Source of the DNA: Candidatus Latescibacterota bacterium
Lineage (GTDB): Bacteria > Latescibacterota > UBA2968 > UBA8231
Length of the DNA stretch: 64,000 nt
Assembly (NCBI GenBank): GCA_964291625.2
Contig: OZ220090.1
Span: 416,001-480,000 of the forward strand
Direction of reading: 5' to 3'
Part shown: in pieces, positions 25,875-35,603 of the stretch
Layout: every line of letters starts with the position of its first letter
How positions within the stretch are numbered: the stretch's first letter is position 1
Notes under the pieces: model-generated
The model's database searches: none
Seen by the model: the letters and a program-made list of their open reading frames with translations, nothing else
Told to the model about the DNA's origin: nothing
Made by a program: the position numbers and the translations under genes

Positions 25875-26987
25875 ATGGCCTTGTTCTCTCCGAGAGCGGT
25901 CCCGCGTTACATCGAGCGCTACGGCTACGCCTTCTCCTGGAGGCGGCTGTGGAACGCCTCCAAGGTCCTTGCCTCCATGGGACTGTCGTGGGGCCTTCGC
26001 CGCCCCGTCGTGTGGGGGCGGCCCTTCATGCTGATGGTGGAGCCCACGAACCTGTGCAACCTCAGGTGTCCTCTGTGCCCCTCGGGCAACGGCGAGATGT
26101 CCCGGGAGCGCGGCAACATGGACCTCGGGCACTACAGGAAGCTGATCGACGAAACCGGGGACGACCTGGTCCTCCTGCTCCTGTGGAACCAGGGAGAGCC
26201 CTTCATCAACAAGGGCCTCGTGGAGATGATCCGCTACGCGCACGACAAGCGGATCCCCACGATCACGAGCACCAACGGCCACTTCGTGCGCTCCCGGGAG
26301 GAGGCCCTCGAGCTGGTGGACAGCGGCCTCGACGAGATCATCATCTCCCTCGACGGGGTCGACCAGGAGACCTACGAGCGCTACCGCGTGGGCGGCAAGC
26401 TGGAGCGGGTCCTGGGGGCAGCGAGACTGCTGGCAGAGGCCAAACGCGAGCGCTGCTCGCGGACCCCGCTGGTCAATCTCCAGTTCATCGTCTTCCGCCA
26501 CAACGAGGAGGACCTGACCGAGGCCGAGCGCCTGGCGCGGGAGCTCGAGGCCGACCAGTTCCTCGTCAAGACCGCCCAGGTCTACTCTCCGGAAGAGGCC
26601 GCCACCTTCCTTCCGGAGCAGGACCTCTACCGCCGCTATGAGGGGCTGGAGGAGAGCGGCCGGCCCCCGGGCCCGGAGGGGAACGGGTTGCGGGTGAAGG
26701 GACAGCCGGCGCGGGGCTGCAAGGTCCTCTGGTACAGCTCCATGATCAACTGGAACGGCGACGTGGCCCCTTGCTGCTTCGACAAGGATGTCGACTACCG
26801 GCTGGGGAACGCGTTCTCCGCCGATGCCAACGGTAGCGAGGGCACCTTCGGGGAGGCCTGGCGGGGCCGCGCCTATGCGGACTTTCGCCGCACCGTGCAC
26901 GCGGACCGCGGCGCCGTCGACATGTGCCGCAACTGCTCCGAGGGCTACCGCGGCATGTTCTCCCTGGTGAAGGAGCTGCGCGGCTGA
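25875..26987 (+). CDS. Radical SAM / SPASM domain protein
   Basis: CNLRCPLC, QGEP, and SPASM C...WNGDVAPCCFD...CRNC motifs. Confidence 0.9.
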   Translation: MALFSPRAVPRYIERYGYAFSWRRLWNASKVLASMGLSWGLRRPVVWGRPFMLMVEPTNLCNLRCPLCPSGNGEMSRERGNMDLGHYRKLIDETGDDLVLLLLWNQGEPFINKGLVEMIRYAHDKRIPTITSTNGHFVRSREEALELVDSGLDEIIISLDGVDQETYERYRVGGKLERVLGAARLLAEAKRERCSRTPLVNLQFIVFRHNEEDLTEAERLARELEADQFLVKTAQVYSPEEAATFLPEQDLYRRYEGLEESGRPPGPEGNGLRVKGQPARGCKVLWYSSMINWNGDVAPCCFDKDVDYRLGNAFSADANGSEGTFGEAWRGRAYADFRRTVHADRGAVDMCRNCSEGYRGMFSLVKELRG

Positions 26988-27000
26988 TCCCGCCGGCCCG

Positions 27001-28209
27001 GTGATCGTGGACCTGGTCCCGGCGGCCCTGGCCATCTGCGCGGCGGTGTACGCGGCCGGCTTGCTGTGGTTCGGGTTCGGGGCGTTGCGGCCCCGGAGGC
27101 CTCCATCGGCCTCGGGGGATGAACCACCTTCCGTGGCCGTCGTCGTGGCCGCTCGCGACGAGGCGGGGCATGTGGAGGCCTGCCTCGAGGCGCTGTGCGC
27201 CCAGACCTACCCGGCCAGCCGCTACGAGGTCGTGCTCGTCGACGACGGGTCCCGCGACGGCACCGGCTCCCTGGCCCGGGCCGCCGCCGGGCGCCTGGCT
27301 GAGGAGGGGCCGCGCATCCGGGTGCTCGACGGGCCGTCCCGGTACGGCTCGGCCGGGTCCAAGAAGTCGGCCCTCGGCCTGGGCATCTCCGAGTCCAGCA
27401 CCGACCTGATCCTCACCACCGACGCCGACTGCCGGGTGCCCCGGACCTGGGTGGCGGCCATGGCCGGCGCCTTCGCCGAGGATGTGGGGGCCGTCATCGG
27501 CTTCTCCCAGATCGGCCGGCCCGGGGCCGTGAGCGGGCTCCTGGCGCGCTGGGAGGCCCTCGATTTCCTGCAGCTCATGACCGCCGCCGCCGGCAGCTGC
27601 GCTCTCGGCCATCCCATGGCCGCCACGGGCCAGAACCTCGCCTTCCGCCGCTCCGCCTACGACCGGGTGGGAGGCTACGCGTCCATCCTCCATCGGGTCT
27701 CCGGAGACGACGTGCTGCTCCTGCAACTGATCCGCCGTGCCCGGCGCTGGCGCCTCGTCTTCCGTGACGACCCCGGCGGCCATGTGGTCCACCCTCCGTC
27801 CGCCAGCCTCGGCCGCTTTCTCGGTCAGCGCGCCCGGTGGGCCTCCAACGCTCCCGGCCAAGGCCGGCTGGACCCGGTCTTCTTCACCTGTATCCTGGCG
27901 ACCTTCGGCCTGTCCGTGGGTCTGACCGTCAGCCCACTGCTATGGTCCGCCGGCCTCCTGACCCCCGCAGGGACCGGGGCCCTGTGGCTGGCGAAGGCGG
28001 TTCCGGAACTCGGCCTGGCACTGGTCGGGGCGGCCCGCTTCGGGCGCCGCGATCTGCTCGGGATCTTTCCGCTGTGGGCCCTGCTGCACCCGGTCTACAC
28101 CGCCGTCGTCGGCGGCTTCGGCGCCCTGGGCTTCTACCGTTGGAAGGGGAGATCCGCAGCGCTCGGACGCCGCTCCCGGAGGGAGGATTCCGCCGCCACC
28201 GGCCGGTGA
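27001..28209 (+). CDS. Membrane-bound GT2 glycosyltransferase
   Basis: VVVAARDE, VDDGS, KK, TDADC, SGDD and QRARW motifs. Confidence 0.88.
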   Translation: MIVDLVPAALAICAAVYAAGLLWFGFGALRPRRPPSASGDEPPSVAVVVAARDEAGHVEACLEALCAQTYPASRYEVVLVDDGSRDGTGSLARAAAGRLAEEGPRIRVLDGPSRYGSAGSKKSALGLGISESSTDLILTTDADCRVPRTWVAAMAGAFAEDVGAVIGFSQIGRPGAVSGLLARWEALDFLQLMTAAAGSCALGHPMAATGQNLAFRRSAYDRVGGYASILHRVSGDDVLLLQLIRRARRWRLVFRDDPGGHVVHPPSASLGRFLGQRARWASNAPGQGRLDPVFFTCILATFGLSVGLTVSPLLWSAGLLTPAGTGALWLAKAVPELGLALVGAARFGRRDLLGIFPLWALLHPVYTAVVGGFGALGFYRWKGRSAALGRRSRREDSAATGR

Positions 28210-28225
28210 GAGCGCGGCCTCCCCC

Positions 28226-29158
28226 TCAGAGCCTCCCCGCCAGCATCTCCATCAGCAGGCCGTAGCGGATGCCACGGGTCGAGACGATCACCCCGGGGGA
28301 CCGCAGGCGATGGAGGCAGTGCCGCAGGATGAGGGAACCGGCGCCGATGATGTCGGCGCGGGCGTCGCTCACTTGAGGCAGGGCCTTGATCTGCTCCCAG
28401 GTCATACCCAGCAGGCGATCGCTGAGGCGCCGCACCTCGCCCGCGGACAGGAAGTGACCGTCGACGCCCGCCGCATCGAACCGGGGGGCGCCGAGGTCGA
28501 GGGCGCCCAGGGTGGTGATCGTGCCGGCAACTCCCACGATGGCCGGGTCGCCCGGCCATTGCGGCAACTCGTCGAAAGCGGCGCTGATGAGGTTGGCGGC
28601 GCGAGCCCGTTCGTCGGCGGCGGGCGGCAGCGCGGAGAAGCAGCGTTCGGTGACCCGCACCGCCCCCACGTCGATCGACCGGGAGCGCTCCACCCCGGCG
28701 GCGGAACCCAGGGCCAGCTCGGTGGAGCCGCCGCCGATGTCCAGCACCGCGTACCGAGCCGGGAGGTCGAGCCCGAAAGCGGCTCCGGCGAAAGTGTGGC
28801 GGGCCTCCTCCTCGCCACTGAGCTCGGTCAGCTCGATCCCCGTGCGCCGGGCCACGACGTCGATGAACTCGAGGCTGTTGGCCGCGTCCCTCAGGGCCGA
28901 GGTCCCGAAGGCGCGGATGCGGCGGGCGCCGAGCCCCTCGGCGCGGCGGCGGTAGCGGGCGAGGAATCCGCAGACCCGGTCGACGGCGTCGGCTCCGATG
29001 CGGCGCTCGGCGTCGACGCCCTGTCCCAGGCGGGCGATGGCGTGGGCGTCGTCGAGGATGTCGATCTCGCCTCCGGGGCCGGTGCGCCCCGTGACCATCA
29101 GGATGGTGTTGGTGCCGAGGTCGATGGCGGCCTGCACCGCGGCGGCGGCGCGGCTCAT
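28226..29158 (-). CDS. ppx: Ppx/GppA family phosphatase, short form
   Basis: AIDLGTNT, GTSALRDAAN, LSGEEEA, DIGGGSTE, RADII and GIRYG motifs. Confidence 0.9.
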   Translation of the reverse strand: MSRAAAAVQAAIDLGTNTILMVTGRTGPGGEIDILDDAHAIARLGQGVDAERRIGADAVDRVCGFLARYRRRAEGLGARRIRAFGTSALRDAANSLEFIDVVARRTGIELTELSGEEEARHTFAGAAFGLDLPARYAVLDIGGGSTELALGSAAGVERSRSIDVGAVRVTERCFSALPPAADERARAANLISAAFDELPQWPGDPAIVGVAGTITTLGALDLGAPRFDAAGVDGHFLSAGEVRRLSDRLLGMTWEQIKALPQVSDARADIIGAGSLILRHCLHRLRSPGVIVSTRGIRYGLLMEMLAGRL

Positions 29159-30438
29159 GCGCCGGCGCAGCGCTCGCGGCTCTTGATCAGGGCCGTCAGC
29201 TCCGATGGCGTCTGGCAGAGCAGCATGGCGTCCCGCGTCTCGGCGGCGTGCATCAGCGAGGCGATCTGTCCGAGGACGGGGATGTAGGTGCGGTAGTTCT
29301 GCTGCGGGGTCAGCAGCAGGAAGATGTAGCGCACGGCGCCGCCAGGGCCGCTGAAGTCGACACCCTCGGGACAGATCCCGAGGGAACCGATGATGCTCGG
29401 AAGGCCGGGCAGGGGGGCGTGGGGGATCGCCGTCTCCCGGCCTATGGAGGTGGGGGACTTGCGCTCCCTGGCGCGGGCGGCCTCGAGGACCGTATCTCGC
29501 TGGGACGGGGGCACCTGTTTCTCGTCCACCAGGATGTCGACCATCTGGTCGATCGCATCCCACTTGTCCCGTGGATGCAGATCCAGCCGGATCGTGTGTT
29601 CCCAGAGGATGTTGCTCAGCCGGTTGCCGCCGGGGGACCGGGAGCGGACCATCAGCACCGAGCAAGGTGCCTTGTAAGCGATCTCGTCCGGGATCGAGCC
29701 GGCGAGGAACTCCTCCTGCCGCCAGTCGTTGGAGCCCCCGAGGACGAGCAGGTCGTCCTTCCGGGAAAGCTCGATCAGGGGTGCCGTGACCTCCGTGGCC
29801 GGCACCACCCGGCAGGGCGCGTCGATCTCCAGCAGGCGCAGCTGCATCTGCAGGTCGTCGCCCAGTTGCCGGCAGTAGCGCTCGAGGAGGGGGTCGTCCC
29901 CCTGCGCCCGGTGGTACCTGGCGACGCGCACGGCGAGCATTTCCGACGCCCAGGTTCTGGCGAGTTGGTGAGCCACCTCCAGGCCCAGAAGGGAGTTGGT
30001 GCCGCCGCCGGTGGGAACCAGCACCCGGCGGGCGGTCTCGAAGCCCTTGTCCTTGAAGATCAGGGTGTCCACGTCCAGGGCTTTCGTCAGGTCCCGGTTG
30101 GGGGAGGAGAGGACGGTGGTCCGGTCGACGTCGCCGTACCAACCCATGAGCAGGACATCGCAGTTCCAGCGCTTGAGACCATCCCGCACCGCCCCATTCA
30201 CGGTCTCGCCGTGCACGAGATGAGGGACTGCGCTCACACCCATGCCGTCGGCGAGGCCGGCGGCGCGCCGGAGCTGTTCGTCCAGCCGCGGCCGGGGAGC
30301 CTGATCCGGGGTGACCACGTGGGTGAGGTGGAGCTCCCCCCGGGGATCCGTGGCCAAGGTGGCGGCGAGCCGGACGAGGGCGTCCTCCGTCGCCGGGTTC
30401 TCAAGGGCGACGAGGATCCGCACGGCGGATTTCGGCAT
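29155..30438 (-). CDS. Tandem universal-stress-protein domains fused to a PTS EIIA (Ntr/Fru-type) domain
   Basis: ILVAL..P, VLLMGW, RVLVPTGGG and GSIPDEIA..APCSVLMVR motifs, then ARERKSPTSIG..TAIPHA...GVDF. Confidence 0.8.
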   Translation of the reverse strand: MPKSAVRILVALENPATEDALVRLAATLATDPRGELHLTHVVTPDQAPRPRLDEQLRRAAGLADGMGVSAVPHLVHGETVNGAVRDGLKRWNCDVLLMGWYGDVDRTTVLSSPNRDLTKALDVDTLIFKDKGFETARRVLVPTGGGTNSLLGLEVAHQLARTWASEMLAVRVARYHRAQGDDPLLERYCRQLGDDLQMQLRLLEIDAPCRVVPATEVTAPLIELSRKDDLLVLGGSNDWRQEEFLAGSIPDEIAYKAPCSVLMVRSRSPGGNRLSNILWEHTIRLDLHPRDKWDAIDQMVDILVDEKQVPPSQRDTVLEAARARERKSPTSIGRETAIPHAPLPGLPSIIGSLGICPEGVDFSGPGGAVRYIFLLLTPQQNYRTYIPVLGQIASLMHAAETRDAMLLCQTPSELTALIKSRERCAGA

Positions 30439-30702
30439 GCTCGTCAACAAGGCGGGCCGGCGCCGGAGAAGCGCTGGGACCGCCGGGCATCGGGGATGGG
30501 GGAGGTGCGGGCCGTGGAGATGGTCGCGCCTTTCCCGTATGGTCTTGAAGATACGCAGGGCCCCTCGGAATCGCCACCGGACTCGACTTCTGGCAATTGC
30601 TGTAACTCAAGTGTTTTTCGTGGCTTGCGCCGGTCCGAGGAGGGTTGCGGCAGGGTCAGGGCATGAGTAGCTTTTGCGGTTCGATGGAGGGTGGGTCCAT
30701 CC

Positions 30703-31389
30703 ATGGCCGTCGTAACCGTTGCTCGTCAGCTGGGAAGCGGGGGAGACCTCATCGCCGAGAGGGTTGCCGGGGTTCTGGGATACGACCACGTCGATCGGCG
30801 GCTGGTCGAGGAGATCGCGAACATCACCGACACCTCCCCCGAAGAGGTGGAGAAGTACGACGAGAAGGGAGAGGGGAGGGTTCGCTACTTCCTGAAGCGC
30901 CTCCTCGTTCCGGAGATGACTCCCGGCGGGTTCCCGCTTTCCTCGGCGGCCTACTTTCCCGAGTTCGGCCTGGAGTTCCCCTATGTCATGGAGCGGGCCG
31001 GCGCCGATCAGCCCGCCTACCTCGACCGCGGCACCTACCAACTGTTGATCACCACCCTCGTGCAGGACTTCGGCGAGACCGGCAAGGCAGTGGTCGTCGG
31101 CCGCGCCAGCCAGGTGATCCTCGCCCAGAATCCGCGGGCCCTGCACGTGAAGATCATCGCTCCCTTCGACCTGCGTTGCGAGCGGGTCCGCGAGGGGAGG
31201 GAGGTCACGGCCGAGCAGGCCGAGGAACTGGTGCAGCAGCACGACCGTTGGCGCAAGCAGTACCTGCGCAACCACCACGACGCCGACTGGGACGACCTGC
31301 TCCTCTACCACCTCACCATAAACACCGGCAAGGTCGATGCGGAGGACGCCGTCGACCTGATCGTCAGGTACGCAAACCGCCAGGGCTAG
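30703..31389 (+). CDS. Cytidylate kinase-like family protein
   Basis: VTVARQLGSGG, VVVGRAS and YHLTINT motifs. Confidence 0.85.
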   Translation: MAVVTVARQLGSGGDLIAERVAGVLGYDHVDRRLVEEIANITDTSPEEVEKYDEKGEGRVRYFLKRLLVPEMTPGGFPLSSAAYFPEFGLEFPYVMERAGADQPAYLDRGTYQLLITTLVQDFGETGKAVVVGRASQVILAQNPRALHVKIIAPFDLRCERVREGREVTAEQAEELVQQHDRWRKQYLRNHHDADWDDLLLYHLTINTGKVDAEDAVDLIVRYANRQG

Positions 31390-31405
31390 AGCCCGGGGAG
31401 ACGGA

Positions 31406-32539
31406 ATGGGAAAGCTGAAGGCAGCACTGATCGGAGGCGGAGGGCCGGGCAACTTCTTCGGACACGTGCACAAACGCGCCATCGCCCTCGACAACAGCCG
31501 GGAGCTGGTGGCCGGCGCTCTGCGCAGCGATCCCAGGGAAGCCATCGCGGCGGCGGCCGACTACGACGTGACCGGATACGCCAGCCATTCGGAGCTGCTG
31601 GAGGCGGTGAAAAAGGGGGACCAGCCCCTCGACTACGTGACCATCGTGACCCCCAACCACGCCCACTACGAACCGGCGAGGGACTTCGTGGAAGCGGGCA
31701 TTCCCGTGCTCTGCGAGAAGCCGATCACCATGACGGTGGAGGAGGCCGAGGACCTTCAGCGCCGTGTCGAGGCCCGGGGCGTTCCCTTCGTCCTCGCCCA
31801 TACCTACACCGGCCATCCGATGATGATGCTTGCCAAGGAGCTGGTGCGTCAGGGCCGGATCGGACAGGTTCGCAAGATCGAGGCGTTCTACAACCAGGGC
31901 TGGCTGGCCACCGCCCTGGAGACGGAAGGACTGCAGCAGGCCGAGTGGCGAACCGACCCGTCCCGGACGGGCATCTCCAACTGCGGCGGCGATATCGGCA
32001 CCCACGCCTTCATCGCCGCCACCTGGGTCAGCGGCCACTCCGTCAAGCGGGTTTCCGCCAGGCTGAACGCCTTCGTCGACGGGCGCGTCCTCGACGACGA
32101 CTTCAACGTCATCGCCGAGCTCGACAACGGCGGCACGGCGGTGATCACGGCTACGCAGATCGCCGTCGGCTACAAGAACGACCACGGCTTCCGCATCTAC
32201 GGCAGCGAGGGCTCGCTGGAGTGGCACCAGGAACAGGCCGAGTCCCTCCTGGTGCGAACCGGCGAGGTGGACGAGACCTACTGGATCGGCGGCAACTACT
32301 CCTTCTTCCCCGAGTCGGTGGCCTCCTACCTGCGGCTGCCCTCCGGCCACCACGACGACTTCTTCGGCGCCTTGGCCAATCTGCACACCTCCCTGGAACG
32401 GCTCATCCGGAGAGGCCGGGGCGAGGAGGCCCCCGAGGCCTTCGATCATCCAGGGGCGGCCGAGGGCGTGGCCGGGATGCGCTTCGTGAAGGCCGCCGTG
32501 GACAGCTCCGCGGCCGGGGGGGCGTGGACGGATCTGTGA
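31406..32539 (+). CDS. Gfo/Idh/MocA family oxidoreductase
   Basis: IGGGG, VTPNHAH, CEKP, YTGHPM, QGWL, WRTDP and DIGTH motifs. Confidence 0.9.
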   Translation: MGKLKAALIGGGGPGNFFGHVHKRAIALDNSRELVAGALRSDPREAIAAAADYDVTGYASHSELLEAVKKGDQPLDYVTIVTPNHAHYEPARDFVEAGIPVLCEKPITMTVEEAEDLQRRVEARGVPFVLAHTYTGHPMMMLAKELVRQGRIGQVRKIEAFYNQGWLATALETEGLQQAEWRTDPSRTGISNCGGDIGTHAFIAATWVSGHSVKRVSARLNAFVDGRVLDDDFNVIAELDNGGTAVITATQIAVGYKNDHGFRIYGSEGSLEWHQEQAESLLVRTGEVDETYWIGGNYSFFPESVASYLRLPSGHHDDFFGALANLHTSLERLIRRGRGEEAPEAFDHPGAAEGVAGMRFVKAAVDSSAAGGAWTDL

Positions 32540-32671
32540 CGCACGCGAGGCGGGGCCGAAGCAGGTCGCCAGCCATGGAAGGCGCCGCTTGCTCACCGGG
32601 GATGAGCGTCCTATTTTGAGCAAAGTCCAACCTTTTGCGAACCACGACGTGGCTTTGAGGAGGGCAAGCCC

Positions 32672-33604
32672 ATGCGTTGTCATCTGCGGCTTCTGATCGG
32701 TGCCGCTTTCGTACTCGTACTGTCCCTTGTGACGGGTTCGGAAGCGGTGGTGAACATCCAGAATCTCGGGGCCGGCGCCCGGTCGGCGTCGCTGGGCAAC
32801 GCCTTCGTGGCGGTGGCCGACAACGGCGATGCGATGTTCGCCAACCCGGCGGGTCTGGCGACCTTGACGGGGCGTCATCTGGCGTACACCAACGTGTCGC
32901 TTCTGCACTCGGGTCTGGAGGAGGACGACCTCGGCCAGCACGTGGTGTCTCTGACGCAGCCCCTGGGCGGCCGTCTGGCGCTGGGGGTGGGCTACGAGCG
33001 CATCGGCTCGGAGCAGATGTCGGAGAACGGGGCGTTTCTGGGCGTGGGCTATCGCCTGAGCCGGGACCTCCAGTTGGGTCTGACGGGCAAGTACGTGTTC
33101 TGGCAGGTGTCGGACTTCGACAGCAACGACCCGGTGTCGGGTCAGAGCGCGGGTTCGGTGGGCGCCGACGTGGGTCTTCTGTGGCGGACGCCGTTTCAGG
33201 GGGCCCGTCTGGGGGTTCAACTGCAGAACGTCCTTCAGCCGAACGCCACCTGCGACTGCGGCGGCTCCCTGGAGTCGGGGGCGGGGGACCTTCCGATGGA
33301 CCTGTCGGTGGGGGTGAGCCACCGCCGGGACCAGATGCTGCTTTCGGTTCAGTGGTCGGTTCGGGACTTGGGGGGCGATGGTTCGGAGAGCCGTCTGGTG
33401 CTGGGCGGGGAGACGAGCCTGGTGGAGGGCCTGATGCTTCGCGCCGGCGGCAGCCGGGCCTTCGAAGAGGACGCCAAGGGCGACCTGAACGCGGGTCTGG
33501 GGTACCGCTGGAACAAGATGCTCTTCGACTACGGCTACCACATCCCCCTCGAACTGTCCGAGGCCAACGGCTCCCACCGGTTCTCCCTGGCCTGGCAACT
33601 GTAG
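32672..33604 (+). CDS. PorV/PorP(SprF)-like outer-membrane beta-barrel
   Basis: Signal peptide, GARSASLGNAFVAVAD...FANPAGLA, NVLQPN, FDYGY and GSHRFSL C-terminal strand. Confidence 0.7.
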   Translation: MRCHLRLLIGAAFVLVLSLVTGSEAVVNIQNLGAGARSASLGNAFVAVADNGDAMFANPAGLATLTGRHLAYTNVSLLHSGLEEDDLGQHVVSLTQPLGGRLALGVGYERIGSEQMSENGAFLGVGYRLSRDLQLGLTGKYVFWQVSDFDSNDPVSGQSAGSVGADVGLLWRTPFQGARLGVQLQNVLQPNATCDCGGSLESGAGDLPMDLSVGVSHRRDQMLLSVQWSVRDLGGDGSESRLVLGGETSLVEGLMLRAGGSRAFEEDAKGDLNAGLGYRWNKMLFDYGYHIPLELSEANGSHRFSLAWQL

Positions 33605-33637
33605 GGCGGCACCCAGGGTCTCCCAGGGCTGCATCAA

Positions 33638-33671
33638 CGGGCCGTCCCCTTGCGGGGGCGGCCCGGTTTTT
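33638..33671 (+). terminator. Rho-independent terminator
   Basis: CGGGCCGTCCCC-TTGC-GGGGGCGGCCCG stem followed by GTTTTT. Confidence 0.75.
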
Positions 33672-33696
33672 CTGCCGGAGGTCCCGATGTCTCTCC

Positions 33697-34701
33697 TCAG
33701 GCCACGCGGTATCGTTCGACCACCTCGAGGTCGACGTCGATCCCCAGGCCGGGCCCTTCGGGCACGATGAAGTGGCCCTCTTCGACGGCGAGGGAACCAT
33801 CGCAGATATCGGCGACGCGGGTGAAGGGCAACTCGTCGCAGGGCAGCGTGGCGTTGGGAATCGTCGCCTGCAGGTGCACGGAATAGGCTGCGTGAACGCC
33901 CAGGCACAGTCCCCCCGCCTGCACCCAGATGGGCACGTTGGCCGCCTGGGCCACCGCGGCGCAGGTTCGGATCTGCACGGCGCCCCCTCCGATGTTCAGG
34001 TAGTCGACGGCCTCGGCCTTGAGCGCGGCCAGGACGGAGGGAGGCGAGCCGAGGTGGAGTGCCTGGGGGATCCAGGTCTTCTCACGGAGCAGCCGGTACC
34101 AGTCGAGATTGTCCTTGAGGACCGGGTCCTCGAAGTTGGCCACCGTGCCGAAAGGCTCGAGTTCGGCGGCGAGCCTCGCCGCCTCGGAGGGCTGCACGAA
34201 CTGGGTGTTCGGGTCGACGCCGACCGTGTAGTCGGGTCCGGCAGCCTCCTTCATCAGGCGCACCGTCTCGACGATGTCCCATGGCCGCGCCTTGAGCTTG
34301 TGGTTGGTGAATCCCAGGCGCGCGCCGACCTCGGCCTCGGCAGCCGTCTCGGCCGGCTCCATGTGGCAGGACCAGTAGGAGACCGGAACCCGGTCGCGCA
34401 CCTTGGCGCCGAAGAAACGGTGCACGGGCACGCCCCAGGCCTGGCCTGCGATGTCGAGCAGGGCGCAACAGATGGGGTCCGGCTGGGCCATGGCGTCGAG
34501 GGCCAGCGGGTCCTGGCCGGCGAAGGCGGCGAACCCGGCCTCGAGATCCGCCTTGCGGCCCTGGCACTCCCCCCAGCCGGTCAGACCTTCGTCCGTGGTC
34601 AGGCGGACGAGGGTGAGATCGTAGATCTTGGGGACGTACCTGGCGATGGGAGGTTTGGGGGGGATCTCCACCTCGAAGAGATCCACTTCCGTGATCTTCA
34701 T
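33697..34701 (-). CDS. Mandelate racemase / muconate lactonizing enzyme family protein
   Basis: TDEGLTGWGE, ALLDIAGQAWGVPV, HKLK, VDPN, FEDP and VPEGPGLGI motifs. Confidence 0.88.
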   Translation of the reverse strand: MKITEVDLFEVEIPPKPPIARYVPKIYDLTLVRLTTDEGLTGWGECQGRKADLEAGFAAFAGQDPLALDAMAQPDPICCALLDIAGQAWGVPVHRFFGAKVRDRVPVSYWSCHMEPAETAAEAEVGARLGFTNHKLKARPWDIVETVRLMKEAAGPDYTVGVDPNTQFVQPSEAARLAAELEPFGTVANFEDPVLKDNLDWYRLLREKTWIPQALHLGSPPSVLAALKAEAVDYLNIGGGAVQIRTCAAVAQAANVPIWVQAGGLCLGVHAAYSVHLQATIPNATLPCDELPFTRVADICDGSLAVEEGHFIVPEGPGLGIDVDLEVVERYRVA

Positions 34702-34762
34702 GGGGTCGGCCTTTCTCGGGAGTCGCCGCGGGCTGCGCCGGGGCACAAGATAGGAGGTTCCG

Positions 34763-35512
34763 TTGGAAGCCGCCTCGACGACGCACCTGGGAATCCTGAA
34801 CGCCGTGCTGGGCCTGGCAGCCCTCGTCGCCTCGATCACCGGCTTCGGGTACGCCCTGGTGGCCGTGCCGTTGCTGGTGGTGCTGCTCCCCCCGCTCCAG
34901 CTGCTGCCCGTGGTGCTCATCAGCTGGGTTCCCCTCGCCCTCGTGCTGATCGCCCAGAGCTGGAGGCACCTCAACCCGCGGCGGCTCCTCCAACTCCTCG
35001 CCGGCGCCCTCCTCGGCGCGCCTGTCGGCCTGTGGCTGCTGTCCTCCCTGGCCGAGGGCACGATGCGGTCCGTCATCGGCGGCATCACGCTCCTCGCCGC
35101 GGGATCCCTCGTGGTCAGGCCCGGCCGGCCCTTCACCCGGGAGGGACCCCCCCTGTTGGCGGCGGGCCTGGCCGGCGGCATCATGGGGGGCGCCAGCGGC
35201 ATCTCCGGTCCTCCCATCGTGCTGCTCGGTCTCAAGCAGGGCTGGGAGCCCCGGGGCTTCCGCGTCGACCTGCTCTGCTTCTTCCTTCTCCTCCACAGTT
35301 CGGTAGCGGCCGGCCTCGGCGGGATGGGGCTTCTCCCCGCCGGGACCCTGGTGCTCTCCCTCGCCGTTCTCCCGGGGGTCTTTCTCGGGTTTGCCGCCGG
35401 CATGAAGCTCAGGCGGCGCATCGACGCGGCCATGTACAGGCGTCTGGCTGTCATGCTCGTGGTGGCCGGGGGCATATGGGCGCTTCTCTCACCCTTCACC
35501 GAAGGCCTGTAA
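34763..35512 (+). CDS. TauE/SafE family exporter
   Basis: GFGYALVAVP, GAPVG and GISGPP motifs with about 8 TM segments. Confidence 0.8.
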   Translation: MEAASTTHLGILNAVLGLAALVASITGFGYALVAVPLLVVLLPPLQLLPVVLISWVPLALVLIAQSWRHLNPRRLLQLLAGALLGAPVGLWLLSSLAEGTMRSVIGGITLLAAGSLVVRPGRPFTREGPPLLAAGLAGGIMGGASGISGPPIVLLGLKQGWEPRGFRVDLLCFFLLLHSSVAAGLGGMGLLPAGTLVLSLAVLPGVFLGFAAGMKLRRRIDAAMYRRLAVMLVVAGGIWALLSPFTEGL

Positions 35513-35603
35513 CGCGCTCCCGGCGCAGGTGGGTGGCCACTCCTCGCATCATGGACGTGGCCCCACGGTTCCGGCGCCGGAGAGCCGGGAGGAAGGGTTT
35601 CTG

